A stretch of DNA of 64,000 nt, from assembly GCF_001194135.2 (NCBI RefSeq), contig NC_068990.1:82382996-82446995 (forward strand), in the 5' to 3' direction. How positions within the stretch are numbered: the stretch's first letter is position 1; each line of letters starts with the position of its first letter. The notes under the pieces were generated by a model. That model was not told where the DNA came from. It did no database searches and saw only the letters and a program-made list of their open reading frames with translations. Made by a program: the position numbers and the translations under genes. Origin of the DNA: Octopus bimaculoides (taxonomy: Eukaryota). Shown one piece after another: positions 38,057-51,746 of the stretch.

Positions 38057-38194
38057 TAATCCAGTTGATTAAATTTTTTGACTAGTTCTTATTTTTCTGA
38101 ATGCCTATGAAAAATTAACCCATTTCAAATCCTTGTAGCCAGACATTCAATCTGGCATTTTGATGATTCTGCTCCTTCAATAGTTTTAATATAC

Positions 38195-38394
38195 TTTTCT
38201 ACTTTAGGTAGGCACAAGGCCCGACATTTTGAGGGAGGGGGCCAGTCGATTAGATCGGTCCCAGTACTCAACTGGTACTTAATTTATCCATCCCTAAAGT
38301 ATGAAAGGCAAAGTTGACTTCGGCGGAATTTGAACTCAGAATGTAAAGAAAGACGAAATATCACTAGACGAAATTTCTGCCAACTCGCCGCCTT
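38195..38394 (-). mobile_element. SINE family A
   Basis: taggcacaaggcc...ccagtactcaactggtacttaatttatc...ctgccaactcgccgcctt. Confidence 0.88.
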
Positions 38395-38449
38395 AATATA
38401 GCCAAAAGGTCACATATTTTTTGTAAAAGAGCATTGTGGATTCAATGTA

Positions 38450-38600
38450 ACCTAGTTCTTGACTGGTGTTTATTTTATTGACTCCTTAAAGATGAAATGT
38501 AAGTCTACATTCGCAGGAATTGAAGCAGGATGTGAAATGAGGTTATTAAATACAAGATATTAAGTTAGCTCCTCTACTGATTCTGCCAATCAACGCCATT
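38450..38600 (-). mobile_element. SINE family A, very degenerate
   Basis: gactggtgtttattttattgactcc...gatgaaatgtaagtc...gattctgccaatcaacgcc. Confidence 0.45.
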
Positions 38601-39063
38601 TTCTTTTACACAGCCAACTGACCAGAAAGGAAGCTTCTACAATCGTGGCAAAAATTTTGCAACATTTCTTTAAAAATTACAATTGTTCTGTCCAAGCACA
38701 ATTCAATTCAAATATTACAACCTAGAGATATACTTACCTAAAAGCTGATCCAATATTTAAATATATAGAAGAAAAAATAGGCAGAGTAAAAAATATAGTT
38801 CTATATCAAATAATGATATATTGCAAATTAAATATAACTTCGGGCATTTAATATAAAAATTCTTATTTTCAGACCTATGTTACAAACTTTTGGTCACGAC
38901 TGTGTGTAGTCGCTTGACTAAATAGCAACCATCTCTCCTTAATCTCGCAAACTTTGCAACCCTAAAGTTGAAAAGAAATATTAAAAAGAGAGTCTAAGAT
39001 ATACAATGAGAAAGGATTGTAACTGGTAGGATTGTTCATTCAGGGCCGACAAGAAAATATGCC

Positions 39064-39138
39064 TCAGCAACAGCATCAACAACAGCAACAGCATCAACAA
39101 CAGCAACAGCATCAACAACAGCAACAACAACAGCAAAC
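39064..39138 (+). repeat. 18-bp tandem repeat (cagcaacagcatcaacaa) x about 3.5
   Basis: Direct reading. Confidence 0.9.
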
Positions 39139-39689
39139 AAAATGCAAAATCTTTTTTAGTGCACCATAAATTCAGGGTTTACCAATTCACTGTCAACACA
39201 TTCTCTGAGAAATAATAAAATCCATTCACAATATACGTAATTAAATTATCTTAAATTATCTTAGTATTCCTCAGTCACATGCACTCTTTCTGTCGTAGAA
39301 TGTCTCTAACTCGATTTAATACACTACTTTGCCCTCTAATGGAATTAACTGTGCTGCAAATACTTGAGCTTGCCCTCTCATCTTATTTCGTCCAGTCTTG
39401 GAGAACCGGAAATAACCTCATCGTGCTTCACTCCTCCGTCGGCTCAGTCATCAGAAATAAAACTCTTTCTTCTATTCTTTTCAAAAATTACTAACCTTCA
39501 ACTTGATTTGAGTTAGATCTGGCAACTATTTCTAGCTGTTCAAAACAGCTTCATACTTGACACGTGCTAGTGGTTTTGTCACCCGGCGTTCCGTTCAGGG
39601 AGGGGAAATGCTGTAATCTCAGTCACTTAGAGATCATGGAAATCGGGTAATCGGTCTTGTCAGTGCTAGAGGTCAAGCCAAAAAATATG

Positions 39690-39862
39690 TAGAGGTCTTT
39701 TTTGCTATATTACCGACCTCAGAAGAATGAAATGCAATGTTGATCATGGCTAGATCAGAACTCGAAATGTAAAGGGCATTTTATCCGACACACTACTGAT
39801 TTTGTCAGTCCATCACCCTGAACCACATTCACATTGGTTTCAAATTTTGGCACGAGGCCAGC
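39690..39862 (-). mobile_element. SINE family A remnants
   Basis: accgacctcagaagaatgaaatgcaatgttgatc...gaactcgaaatgtaaag, and tttcaaattttggcacgaggccagc. Confidence 0.45.
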
Positions 39863-39937
39863 GGTCTGCTATACATCGCCCTCTATTCGTTGTCGTTCAA
39901 CTCTATACATGCCAGTTTGCACTAAACAGCAACTGCA

Positions 39938-39938
<1 letters not shown>

Positions 39939-40006
<68 letters not shown>

Positions 40007-40102
40007 TCTTCTTCTTCTTCTTCTTCGTCTTTTTCTTCTTCTTCTTCTTCTTCTTCTTCTTCTTCTTCTTCTTCTTCTTCTTCTTCTTCTTTTTCTTCTT
40101 CA
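39939..40102. repeat. (CTA)n(CTT)n microsatellite
   Basis: Direct reading. Confidence 0.95.
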
Positions 40103-41135
40103 ACTAAACGATGACGAATGTGTTGCAATGTGTTAGAATAATTCGAATTTGCCCCGTTCCTTTTGTTCAGGTGAACTTTGCTTCTGATTATTTAAAATAT
40201 CTCAGGAGGACGCCATCCTTGAATTAAATATATCTCGATTATCCGGAAGCCTACACAAGAATTCTTGTTGTGTGGACAGTTTAAAATTAGTGAATTTAAA
40301 ACGATTAAGTAGCTTACAGACGACATAGAATCATAGCGTCAGAGAGAAGGAAGGAAGTTGTACATGAACAATGAAAACAGTGTTACTTGTCATCTGTATC
40401 TGGTTAGAGAGATCAGTAACAATTGAAATATGTCCTCCATTGGGGATTTTCAGTTATTTAATCGGAAATGTCCAGTCTCTGGTGAAATTTTTGGATGCCT
40501 GTCAGACGAAAACTTTTACACCGTATCCTTTAATTTGATATATTGTTATTATTACCGCTTTCCTTGTTTAACCCCTGGTCAACCCTGATCGAGAATGTTT
40601 CTGATCATAGTCATTGTAGCCATGACCATCTCATCTATTTTCTTTCTTTTTTTTTTTGCTCATTTTCCCCATTTCAATGCTTTCTTTGTTTTCATTTTTA
40701 AGACACGGCTCAAAACAGTTTCATTTTGACACGTGTTAGTGGTTTTGTCACGTAACCCTGATCAACCTCAGTCAAGCAAGCCTTTCATCAAAAGTACTCT
40801 TGTTATGACTATCTCGTTTCCCACCACCACTGCCAAATACCCTGTACCTGAGACTATATTAATGTATCTTTCTTTTTATGAGGTAACGTTGTAAATTTGT
40901 TAACATTTGACCAGGTAGAGGTGACTGTTTCAAGGTTCTCTCCTGACCTAGTAATTTAATTGCTTGATTGAGACAAGAAGCATCATTCATTTACCATGTT
41001 TTATTACCGAAAACGAAACTAAAACTACAGGATGTAACTGCAATCAACGGGAATAAAAAGCAAACAAATACAAACACCCAGTTTTCATCGACACCAGAGA
41101 CATAAGAATAAAACCCTCAGTTTGATAATCTAGAT

Positions 41136-41386
41136 CAGTAGTTCTCAATCAAGGATCCATATGATCCTTGGTGGTCAATATAAAATTTTGTTAAAGATTA
41201 TGTACAATAAATTGATTATACTTCTACAATAAACACGATATTTTAGCAATATTCTTATTTAATTCTTGATAATATTTAATTTCAAAAGTATAATAGTATT
41301 TTTAAACATCAAATCGCTGAGAGGATTCATGCGAGTAAAGTATGAACCAAAGAAGTCCGTAGATTGAAAATGGTTAAGAACCACTG
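41136..41386. mobile_element. hAT (Charlie/Buster-type) MITE
   Basis: TIRs CAGTAGTTCTCAATC / GGTTAAGAACCACTG; flanks atctagat / attaatat (5/8 match). Confidence 0.75.
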
Positions 41387-43168
41387 ATTAATATGTTCAA
41401 AGTTTGTTCAGATTATGAATATTTCTTTTCGCATAATTTTACTACACCAGAGAATAAAGATATTATATTTCTTTATTTCAAGTTCCACATCTAATTATTT
41501 TGTTTTTTACCTCCAGAACAATCCACTCTTGAGTGCGTGTGGCCTAAACGTTCTCACGGTGTATGAGTTCCCAAGTTGATTCGTAAATTACAGGCTCACC
41601 ACTCTGGTTCAAAAATACAGTGGCCTATGTAGTGGACTCATAAACGACAGAACCTTAACGTGTTGACTCGTAATCCATATAGCCGTTCCTCTTCATTAAT
41701 TCATAAACTATATGAACCTGTAAAAAAGGCACTCTTCTTTTTTAAATTGATACGTCTGGAGAACGGGCAGTACCCCATGAGCTTTGCAGACCCTTCAGTA
41801 CAGATAGGTATTAACAATATAATCTTTCTTGTTCTAGATATTCACTATTTGTTTCAGTTATAATAAGTATTCCCATTTGTATGACTTTAGCATTTCATAG
41901 GATGAAGACATTTACATTTCTCAAAGACGTTCGCCTTTATACATAGAAGTTAAATGTTTCTAAAACCCACATTCAATTTATCTTTCTATAAATAGGTAAA
42001 ACATCAAAACCGCCTGAAAGCGACACACATTTGGAGCAGTTGAAGGAGACAGATCTAGATTCGACAGCAACTATTTGTAGGTTCGTGAACCGAAACGAAG
42101 TATTTCGTTTACTTTATCAAGAGACAACACTGCCGCCGCTGCTTTAAGATAAATTCATGTTTGCTCCCTCTCCGTATATCCGGTCTCCCAGTTCACAATA
42201 TATCTCTAAAGATTATCAGGATAATATTGTCACTATACAACAACGTGTACGGTAATGTGTAGTAATATGTATGTGCATGCGTAGCGTGTTTGTGTGTACA
42301 TCTGTGTATACATGAGTTCTTTATGAGTGTGTGTGTGTGTTTGCGTGTGCGCGTTTGTCTATGATTATATCTTCATATGAATCCGTGTGTGTGTGTCTAG
42401 TGTACATTAATGCTTATCTAAAATGAAATTCTACGTGTGTGTTACTTTAATAAGCAGTCCTTATCTCCTTGTGTCTGTATCATACCATTTGGGAGCGCGT
42501 GTGTATGTGTGAATGCGTACGTGGTGCATGTGAGTGTATACGTCTATATACGAATGTGCATGCAAATATGTGTGTGTGCGTGCGTGTGTGTGCGTATGTA
42601 CCTCTGTGTGTGCACATGTGAGTGTGTGTGTATTTCTCTGTACGTAGGTTCTTATCTTTACGTATTCTAAAATACCTTCTTCGTATATGTATAGTAGTAT
42701 GACAGTAAAACCGAATCTGTGTAGATGAATATGTGATAACTTAGCATAGAGTTGATAAACAGCATACATACAAATAGATATTTCTCTGGTATGCGTTTGT
42801 GTGGCAGCACAAATATGAGTACGATATTTTTTACCGGCGTAGGCATATGAAAATTGTATGTTTGTGTCAGTAACATATATGTTTGTTTTGTCTGAACATG
42901 TTATATTTGTATATGTTGTGTACGTGCGTGATATTTGCTTATGCGCGTGTGTTGGTGAATGCTTGGTTTACTGTATTTGCAGGTGCTTGTATGAATTTAT
43001 ATGCAGCTTTGTATAAGTGTGAATAATGATTGATTTTCTGTATGTGATTGTATGATGAAAAAAGAAATATCTATGTATGCATATGTATATGTACGCATTC
43101 ATGTATATATAGACATGTATATTATAAATACAGAGAAAGAGAAAGAGACTATATATAGGTATACATAC

Positions 43169-43211
<43 letters not shown>

Positions 43212-43854
43212 TTGGCTCTCATTCTCTCTGTGCGTCAATGTACATATATATATATGCTTGTATATATACATATATGATTATGGATGTCNNNNNNNNNNNN
43301 NNNNNNNNNNNNNNNNNNNNNNNNNNNNNNNNNNNNNNNNNNNNNNNNNNNNNNNNNNNNNNNNNNNNNNNNNNNNNNNNNNNNNNNNNNNNNNNNNNNN
43401 NNNNNNNNNNNNNNNNNNNNNNNNNNNNNNNNNNNNNNNNNNNNNNNNNNNNNNNNNNNNNNNNNNNNNNNNNNNNNNNNNNNNNNNNNNNNNNNNNNNN
43501 NNNNNNNNNNNNNNNNNNNNNNNNNNNNNNNNNNNNNNNNNNNNNNNNNNNNNNNNNNNNNNNNNNNNNNNNNNNNNNNNNNNNNNNNNNNNNNNNNNNN
43601 NNNNNNNNNNNNNNNNNNNNNNNNNNNNNNNNNNNNNNNNNNNNNNNNNNNNNNNNNNNNNNNNNNNNNNNNNNNNNNNNNNNNNNNNNNNNNNNNNNNN
43701 NNNNNNNNNNNNNNNNNNNNNNNNNNNNNNNNNNNNNNNNNNNNNNNNNNNNNNNNNNNNNNNNNNNNNNNNNNNNNNNNNNNNNNNNNNNNNNNNNNNN
43801 NNNNNNNNNNNNNNNNNNNNNNNNNNNNNNNNNNNNNNNNNNNNNNNNNNNNNN

Positions 43855-43898
<44 letters not shown>

Positions 43899-44255
43899 CG
43901 AGTATGTGTGAGCGAGCGTGCAAGAGTAAAGGTGAGAGAAAGAGAGAGAGACAGAGAGACTGAGATACAGAGACAGAGATATGACTATTATCTCACTTCT
44001 GTTAACTCTCTTTTTCTGTATATCTTTGTGTTTGTGGGTGCATACGTGCGTGTGCATATGTATGTGTATACCTGTGTGTTTGTGTGTATATGAGCGTGTG
44101 TGATTACGTTAGTGCTGTGCAACATATAACATTGTTGCCATGGTGATTATATGTATAACTACCTCCAATAGACAGGAAGCTAATTCTAGGTATATTTCTC
44201 GGCATATAACAATAGCTGTCTTCTTGCATGTGGTACATTCGTGCTTTTCTCTTTT

Positions 44256-44495
44256 TGTATGTATGTATGTATGTATGTATGTATGTATGTATGTATGTAT
44301 GTATGTATGTATGTATGAATGTATGTATGTATGTATGCATGTATGTCTTATGTATGTATTTATGCATGAACGAACATATACATATATGTGTATATGCATG
44401 AATGTATGTACGTATGTATGCATACATGTATGTATGCATGTATGTATGTATATATATATGTATATATGTATGTACGTAGGTATGTACGTGCGTAC

Positions 44496-44593
<98 letters not shown>

Positions 44594-44700
44594 CCCTATG
44601 TATGTATGTACGTATGTATGCATGTATGCGTGTATGTACGTATGCATGTATGTACGTATGTATGACTGTATATATGTAAATATGTATGTATGTATTTATG
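44256..44700. repeat. (TATG)n/(TA)n compound microsatellite
   Basis: Direct reading. Confidence 0.95.
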
Positions 44701-44715
44701 TATGGAAGCATATAT

Positions 44716-44808
44716 ACTCTTTTACTCTTTTATGTGTTTCAGTCATTTCACTGCGGCCATGTTGGAGCGCCGCCTTTAGTCGAACAAATCAACCCCAGGA
44801 CTTATACG
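44716..44808 (-). mobile_element. SINE family B 3' end fragment
   Basis: ctcttttactctttt...tttcagtcatttcactgcggccatgttggagcgccgcctttagtcg...ccccaggactta. Confidence 0.85.
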
Positions 44809-46680
44809 TTGTAATGGGTATGATAACAATGGGAAACTCGTAAACCGAACCACCTGTTAGCGTACAACCTTACAGAAGACTCTACCTACCCAGCTAATAG
44901 CCAGGAGCGACTCTGGATTTAATTATCCCTTAGAGGCATTAAACCCCTCTAACTCATACCTACACTATATATATACATATATTTATCTGCCGACCTATTG
45001 ATTATTGTAACTATATATTTGGCTAGCTTGATGAATTTCCTAGTATCTACCTTAGGTAATTAACAAGTTGCTAATCCGCGTGTAGTATCTTATAAGCATT
45101 ACTTGAATAGATCTGAATCTTGAAACTCATGATTTAGTCGTATTAGCACTTACCGGGTAAATTCTTAACCTAAAACGATCCTCACAGTATTTGGTTATTC
45201 CACTTCAGTATCTTTTTTATTCAGTTAGTGTTCCTATAATAAATTATTCTTCTTTTGTTATTTTGTTTTTAATGAGGAACTTGAGAAGAGGCCATGAGCA
45301 AAAAGCCGAAAAGTTTCTGGCGGTGCTTATGAAAGTATATTCTCGGTTTGTATTACTTCCGACCTCCCGCAAAATATTAACTCACCAAGTTATAAAATGG
45401 CAGAAGGTTATTAAATAATACTCAAGCATGTAATAGAATGCTTCTCATGAGAAGTGTCTCAATGATATTGAAAATAGTAAGTGATATAAAATACCATTCT
45501 GGAATTTATTGCGTTTTCGCAATTCAGGAGAATCGTTACTTTTATTATCAAGAAATGTTGAATATAATATGAAAATCGTAGCCCCTTGAGCTCGAAAAGA
45601 AATGAGTTAATTTTGGTTAAATGGTTGCGCGTATGTATATGTTCATAGAGGCAGATAGCAAAATAACGGTATACGTTTTCAACGTTATGTGAAGCACAAG
45701 ATAGTATTTGAATTATTGAATTCTATTTATTTAGCTCTGCTGTAAAGTGACTTTCTGGATTAAGCATTATATTATGCTTAATCTTGCTTCTGCAAGATTA
45801 CATTTGTTGCCATTGTTATTTATACCACCAACTTAGCCGTAATAAATACCTGTGACCATTCGGTGTTTTATTCAGGTGTGTCGTATCTTGAGACACGTTA
45901 TACATTGTAGCAGATATAACCGAGTGCAACATTTTCTTTTCTCCAGCTATGTCTGTTAATCAAGGTATGGGGTATTAAAAGAATGTTTTGTTTTCTTCTG
46001 AGACCTGATAACATTTTCTTGTTGATAAGCCGAGTAATCATGTTAAGGCCTCTTCATTATTTCACTGTACTAGTTTTGGTATAATTCTTGTGTTATAGTT
46101 ACTATTGTTTAGCCTCAAGTGTAGCCTTGCGAGATGACCTATGATTAAAGATATTCAGTCAATATCTATCCTGTCAATTGGTCTTTTTTAAATATAGTGT
46201 ATCGCAAACATTTCCAATAAAACGGTATGATTTAACTTCTCACTGTTGAGGAAATCGTACCAGTGTCAAGATAACAGCTCAATTATTCTTTTATAGAACC
46301 AGTTAATGTGTTATATTTTTCATAGAGAAAATCCATTTCCAGTGCGATGTTTATATATATATATAACAGCAAATAAGTTACAGGATGTCAAGTATTGACA
46401 TCCTGTTACTCATTTGATTTTATTCATCTTATTTTGAGCTGTGCGGATAATAGCGGACTGACTTGCTGCCTCAACGTAAGTATCTAATTCAACTGAATCT
46501 TAATTTCTTATACATATATATATATATAATGCAAGAGAGTTAGAGGTTGAGGATTCAACCCACTAAGGGATACTATCTATCCAATATACTGCTGGGAGGG
46601 TACCCAATTATTGTTACGCTAGTGTTATACCAAGTGTAATAAGTGGGTGCGGGTAAAGGGGGTTATTTTATCTTAAATTT

Positions 46681-46868
46681 ATATAGCAATAAGAAAATGG
46701 AGGAGAATATGCGGTATCCATTGTTAATATGGGATGGTATGTCATAAGCATCTGTATATTGTGGTTTTTGTCATTTTATTTACAAAATAAACAAATTAAT
46801 TCAATGGAATACACTGTCTGCAAGTCGATGGATACCACATATTCTCCTTCATTTTCTTATTGCTATAT
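46681..46868. mobile_element. TA-flanked MITE with 41-bp TIRs
   Basis: 46681-46721 versus the reverse complement of 46828-46868: 39/41 identical (atatagcaataagaaaatggaggagaatatgcggtatccat). Confidence 0.8.
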
Positions 46869-48489
46869 ATATATATATGTTACAGATAGTATTTCTTCGC
46901 ATCCTGTACGGTTTTGGCGGTTATGCTCTTCAGGCTGAATTCTGTAATTCGTTTACAAGAAGCCAGGGAAATGTGCAAGATTGGATGCATTGCCGCTTAC
47001 GTGACTGCATTTAGATTCGAACTCATGTTACTCTATTTGTAGATAGCTCTACTTTTCTCTGAAACTTTTAATTAAAAAAGAAAAACTAATTTACAGCAAC
47101 ACGAAACATGCTATATTTAATTTATTGCGTTAGATATTTAGTTAAAATATCAGGTTTCATATATATAATGTAGTTTACGTCTTAAAAAAAAAATGAAATC
47201 AGCAAATTCAATCAATTACTTATAACAGCTAAAGTGTAAGAATATTCTCATCACCAACACTCTCATGACCGTCAGCAGATTTTGCACGCAAAAGAAAAGA
47301 GAGAGAAAAAAAATGTTAAAATGAATCTTTTTATTTTTATTTTAGTTATAAACAGAAATAATACGTTTTTTTCCATTCTGAAAACACTGCCAGTTTCTTA
47401 ACTATCTCGAGAGGAAACGTCAAAGAATCGGAGTAATGCAGGTGTTTCTCTTAGCAGAGCATTCTTCGTTATCCTGGATGTCCATATGTGAGGAGATGTG
47501 TTGGATATTTATCCAAACTAGCAGTAGTATAATATCCTTGATTCTGTCTCCCAACACGAATTCCTGGCTAGCTTTTGCACAAACCGGTTAATATTTGGTT
47601 CACTGATTCCTATATCGAAACATGGATTTACATCTTGGCTCAGAATGTTCCAGGTACTCTGCACTTAGGAGTCCGGATCAGGTCGAAACATCTTGCCTTG
47701 CGATCCATCGACGTTCTGAGTAAAGCCTTGAATTTAAACACATTAACATCGTTGAGAAGTCTTCTCTTAGACAGAATTTCATATCTAATGCCATTTGTAC
47801 TCTTATATACACATTACAAATGTGTATACACATTGGCGTTTTTATGTAAGACTGTTTCAAATGAACGTATTAATTTAATTCTAGTCCGGCCAGCTTTCGC
47901 ACAAATCAGTAGTTTATCGTTTCCTATATCGGAACAAACATTTTCGGTTTGGATCAGAATGTCAAAGGTATTTGTCATGACGCCGATCAAAGTGAAAACA
48001 CCCTGTCTGGTAATCTATCGACGATTTGGGCGAGCTCGGTGAGAAATTTTCTCCGGGACAAAATATTATAGCTGGTACTGCTCTACTCTTGTATACATAT
48101 TATTGATACTATAAACACCCGTACTAATTCAATGATTTAGTTGTGGACAGCCTTTTGTAGCTAGGTGCACACTGCCACTAACTAGCATCTAATAGTCGCC
48201 ACCCATATTCCATATTTTGTAAAAGAAAAAGAAATTATTGTTTTAATCAAATACAGATTAATTTTAAGCTGTGGTTATTATCCATGTGCTTTTACATATA
48301 CACCTTAAACCACTCTTTAGATATCTGTGTCAATAACTTCCCCATACTAAACTTGCATGAACATTACTGAAGAAAAGAACTTATACAGGGTGTCGGACTA
48401 AATTTGACAGTTTGCATTGTAATTCATGGAATTACATACACTCCCACACACATCTATATAAATATACGTATTTGCGTATATATGTGTAA

Positions 48490-48720
48490 ATGTTTTCTCC
48501 ATGACATTTACAAGCTCTTCGAGATCGATTGGCGGCGGCAGGAAAAATTCAAGTAAGGAGATAATAGCGGATGCAGTCATTCTGTAGACAAATGATTGAA
48601 GGTTATTGCAAGGCCTTGAATAAGGCGAACAAAATGGAGCGATGAGATGGGAAGAGGATGATGTGGAAGGAATACTCGAGTGGAAGTGTTAGGAGACAAC
48701 TAGCTCATACGAATAAATCA
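48490..48720 (-). pseudogene. Mariner transposase C-terminal remnant
   Basis: Minus strand gives LPH...IAP...LFKALQ (cf. LPHPPYSPDLAPSDFHLFKAL), followed by EFF. A TA-CAGGGTG Tc1-type terminus lies nearby at 48384. Confidence 0.45.
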
Positions 48721-49121
48721 TTGTAGCAGAATCGACAAAGACAGATCAGTAAACGTCCAGATTGAGAAGTTTCTGCGCTAGAGTTTGGAGTGCGTTGGCA
48801 AACAATTTCATGCCTTTCTACTGTAGCGTGTTAAAAGTATGTGCTTTGAGATAAATCGTTGAATGACTTATTTACATATTTCTCAATGTTTCTGCATAAA
48901 TATTCTAAATGTAAAGGAAACTTTTATCGCTGTCAGCAAATACGAGATAATAAATAAAAGATCAATTATTGAATGTTTGCTACAATGGATTATGTCACTT
49001 TTAAGCAACTTTATTCAAAACGTTCATTCGAATATTCACTTGTATAGACTTAATAGTGGCTTCATTACACTTATTATATCGCCATCTATTTGTCTACATT
49101 TATAATATTATTTTTCATTCG

Positions 49122-49280
49122 TTTGGTGAAATGGCAGAGTTGTTAGAGCGCCATACAACTCCAATATCTATTTTAGCTGACTGTACTCTGAATTCTAATC
49201 CTACCCACTTTCGCACTACTTTCTTTTGGTACTTTATTTTATCGATGGACGAGTTGCATGGTGATACCCAGTGTTGGTGT
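49122..49280 (+). mobile_element. SINE family A, degenerate
   Basis: ggtgaaatggcagagttgttagagcgcc...ctctgaattctaatcc. Confidence 0.5.
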
Positions 49281-51469
49281 TCTGAGTGGCACTGTTAACC
49301 CGTCTTTCCGTTCAATGACACCATCAGGTTTACATTACGAGAGGATAACTTTCCCCACTCCTTCCACAAAACTCGGAGCTCTGTCTTTCAATAAATAATA
49401 ATAATAATAATAAAATAAAGGGTCAAGTATGTTGCGTTTTCTTTGTCATTAAAAAGTAACATGATTGACCAGAAACAGTGATGCCAGCAAAAACCCCCTT
49501 TTCAATCTACTTGACAAAAGTGAGCATATTATAGGAGCCAAGAAAGTAGTCTCTACGTTCTCATTTGAAATACCACCCAAATTTCCTTCAAATCACATCT
49601 GCTAACTTATATAACAACACATTACTTAACGTAGGCATAAACATACCACAGAACAACAACAACAGTGACTTGTATTAATTATGTATAAATGCATATACTT
49701 ATATGTGTACTGATATATATATATATATATANNNNNNNNNNNNNNNNNNNNNNNNNNNNNNNNNNNNNNNNNNNNNNNNNNNNNNNNNNNNNNNNNNNNN
49801 NNNNNNNNNNNNNNNNNNNNNNNNNNNNNNNNNNNNNNNNNNNNNNNNNNNNNNNNNNNNNNNNNNNNNNNNNNNNNNNNNNNNNNNNNNNNNNNNNNNN
49901 NNNNNNNNNNNNNNNNNNNNNNNNNNNNNNNNNNNNNNNNNNNNNNNNNNNNNNNNNNNNNNNNNNNNNNNNNNNNNNNNNNNNNNNNNNNNNNNNNNNN
50001 NNNNNNNNNNNNNNNNNNNNNNNNNNNNNNNNNNNNNNNNNNNNNNNNNNNNNNNNNNNNNNNNNNNNNNNNNNNNNNNNNNNNNNNNNNNNNNNNNNNN
50101 NNNNNNNNNNNNNNNNNNNNNNNNNNNNNNNNNNNNNNNNNNNNNNNNNNNNNNNNNNNNNNNNNNNNNNNNNNNNNNNNNNNNNNNNNNNNNNNNNNNN
50201 NNNNNNNNNNNNNNNNNNNNNNNNNNNNNNNNNNNNNNNNNNNNNNNNNNNNNNNNNNNNNNNNNNNNNNNNNNNNNNNNNNNNNNNNNNNNNNNNNNNN
50301 NNNNNNNNNNNNNNNNNNNNNNNNNNNNNNNNNNNNNNNNNNNNNNNNNNNNNNNNNNNNNNNNNNNNNNNNNNNNNNNNNNNNNNNNNNNNNNNNNNNN
50401 NNNNNNNNNNNNNNNNNNNNTATATATATATGCTGTGTGTGTATATGTATATATGTATATAAGTATATATGTATATAAGTATATATGTATACATATATGT
50501 TTGTATGCATTTATATGTACTCATATATGTATATATATGTGTGTGTGTATGTGTGTGTGTATGCGTGAGTGTATATGCGTGTGTGTGTACTGAAGCATAT
50601 ATTATGTGGGTAATATTCGCAATCGAGACGTTACAATCGTACTTGATTCTTCAAGTGCTTCAATTCTTTGTGTGAACATATATTTACTATATTTGCCCAT
50701 TGAGCTGATGTGCCATTTTCTATCATTAATTAAATTGTATTGATGTACTGTGCCAATTTCTATCATTAATGAAACCGTCGCCATTTTTGCCGACACGGGT
50801 ATGCTAGTATGTGCATCTGTATATACATACAACTTACATGTTCACACACAAATGTATATATTATTAGATATAACAGTGTGTATGCATGATACTAACTAGT
50901 CATTATGACCGTTGTTGTCTACTATGTGCATATATTTTCTAAAAGCATACACACACACATTCACACAAAGGCACACAGACATACACACGTACACACGCGT
51001 GCACAAACCTACACACGCGTTTCTGGTATAGTCCTGTCGGTATACTTGTATAAGTTAGTTTGTTATATATATNNNNNNNNNNATGTATATATATATACCT
51101 ACATACATACATATATGTATGTATGTATGTATTTGTTTGTTCATTGTGTGTGTGTGTACGTCTACATGTGTGCGTGTACCTGTGTATGTGCGTTTAACTG
51201 TATATGTATATGTATGCATCTTTATGCATGTATATAAAGTGCACATATTTCTTATATCAGTGTGTTAGCGAAAACACCCAATCTTGATAAAAATGTTGAT
51301 AAACTTTTGCCGCCATTTCTAACTAAGTTATTTATCCTGGCATCAGCTCTGTTTTATCACCTGATATTAAGACACATTATTATTCTTTTTCTATATCAGT
51401 AGTTGAACTTTCTAATCACAATATACACCTTGCTTTCTACTATTCTTAATTTCTCTCTTCCTCTCCCCC

Positions 51470-51549
51470 TCGCCCTATATACATATATATATGTGTATGT
51501 GTGTGTGAGTGGGCGTGTGTGTTTGTGTCTACGTATGTATATGTATACG

Positions 51550-51585
<36 letters not shown>

Positions 51586-51664
51586 TGTATTTATGTATAT
51601 GTATACGCATTTATATGTATTTGTATATTTATATATATATGCGTGTATGTATGTGTATATATAT

Positions 51665-51746
<82 letters not shown>

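Noticed and set aside
41608-41720. Minus-strand segment with strong acceptor and donor
   Set aside because: Stops in all three frames; could only be UTR or non-coding.
47575-48042. 155-aa ORF as a single-exon gene
   Set aside because: TTG start, no recognisable domain, and it overlaps an old duplication. Length is within chance expectation for the window.
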